The notes beneath the pieces are model-generated. The model was given only the letters and a program-made list of their open reading frames with translations. It was not told where the DNA came from and did no database searches. Shown in pieces: positions 63,901-64,000 of a stretch of 64,000 nucleotides of DNA; position 1 is the first letter of the stretch; every line of letters begins with the position of its first letter. The position numbers were made by a program, and so were the translations under genes. This DNA is from Mobula hypostoma. Its lineage: Eukaryota. The DNA lies in the NCBI RefSeq assembly GCF_963921235.1, contig NC_086125.1:14384001-14448000 (forward strand), written 5' to 3'.

Positions 63901-64000
63901 TACATTAGGAATATTCTGCTCTGTTCTGATCAGAATCAGGTTTATTATCACAAGCACATGTTGTAAAGCATGTTGGCGCGTGGCCAAGTGGTTAAGGCTT

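Noticed and set aside
1-64000. Most ORFs in the six-frame track as genes
   Set aside because: They are short and map to TE fragments, minisatellites or the antisense of exons. The real gene is spliced, and several of its exons are not translated in the track.

Overview
This window is eukaryotic, repeat-rich vertebrate DNA. The repeat families (HE1/V-SINEs, Penelope-like, Rex1, CR1) suggest a cartilaginous fish, probably a ray; this is an inference. It holds the 5' part of one minus-strand gene, most likely GMIP (F-BAR RhoGAP of the GMIP/ARHGAP29/ARHGAP45 family). Ten GT-AG exons between 40118 and 159 join in one open frame, and there are up to three candidate first coding exons (50956-50989, 52893-53079, 60151-60236). 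The C1 and RhoGAP exons should lie beyond position 1. The rest is intron and upstream DNA full of retroelements and MITEs, and most supplied ORFs are spurious or TE fragments. The most interesting signal is a family of Penelope-like element ends carrying minimal type I hammerhead ribozymes (about 15 copies, 2 intact). Several are fold-back insertions with the ribozyme at the hairpin apex, and two have 13-bp target-site duplications. The four full-length gene-sense copies outside tight hairpins all lost the same catalytic G. A 44-bp duplicate of a GMIP coding exon sits behind a new acceptor-like site.
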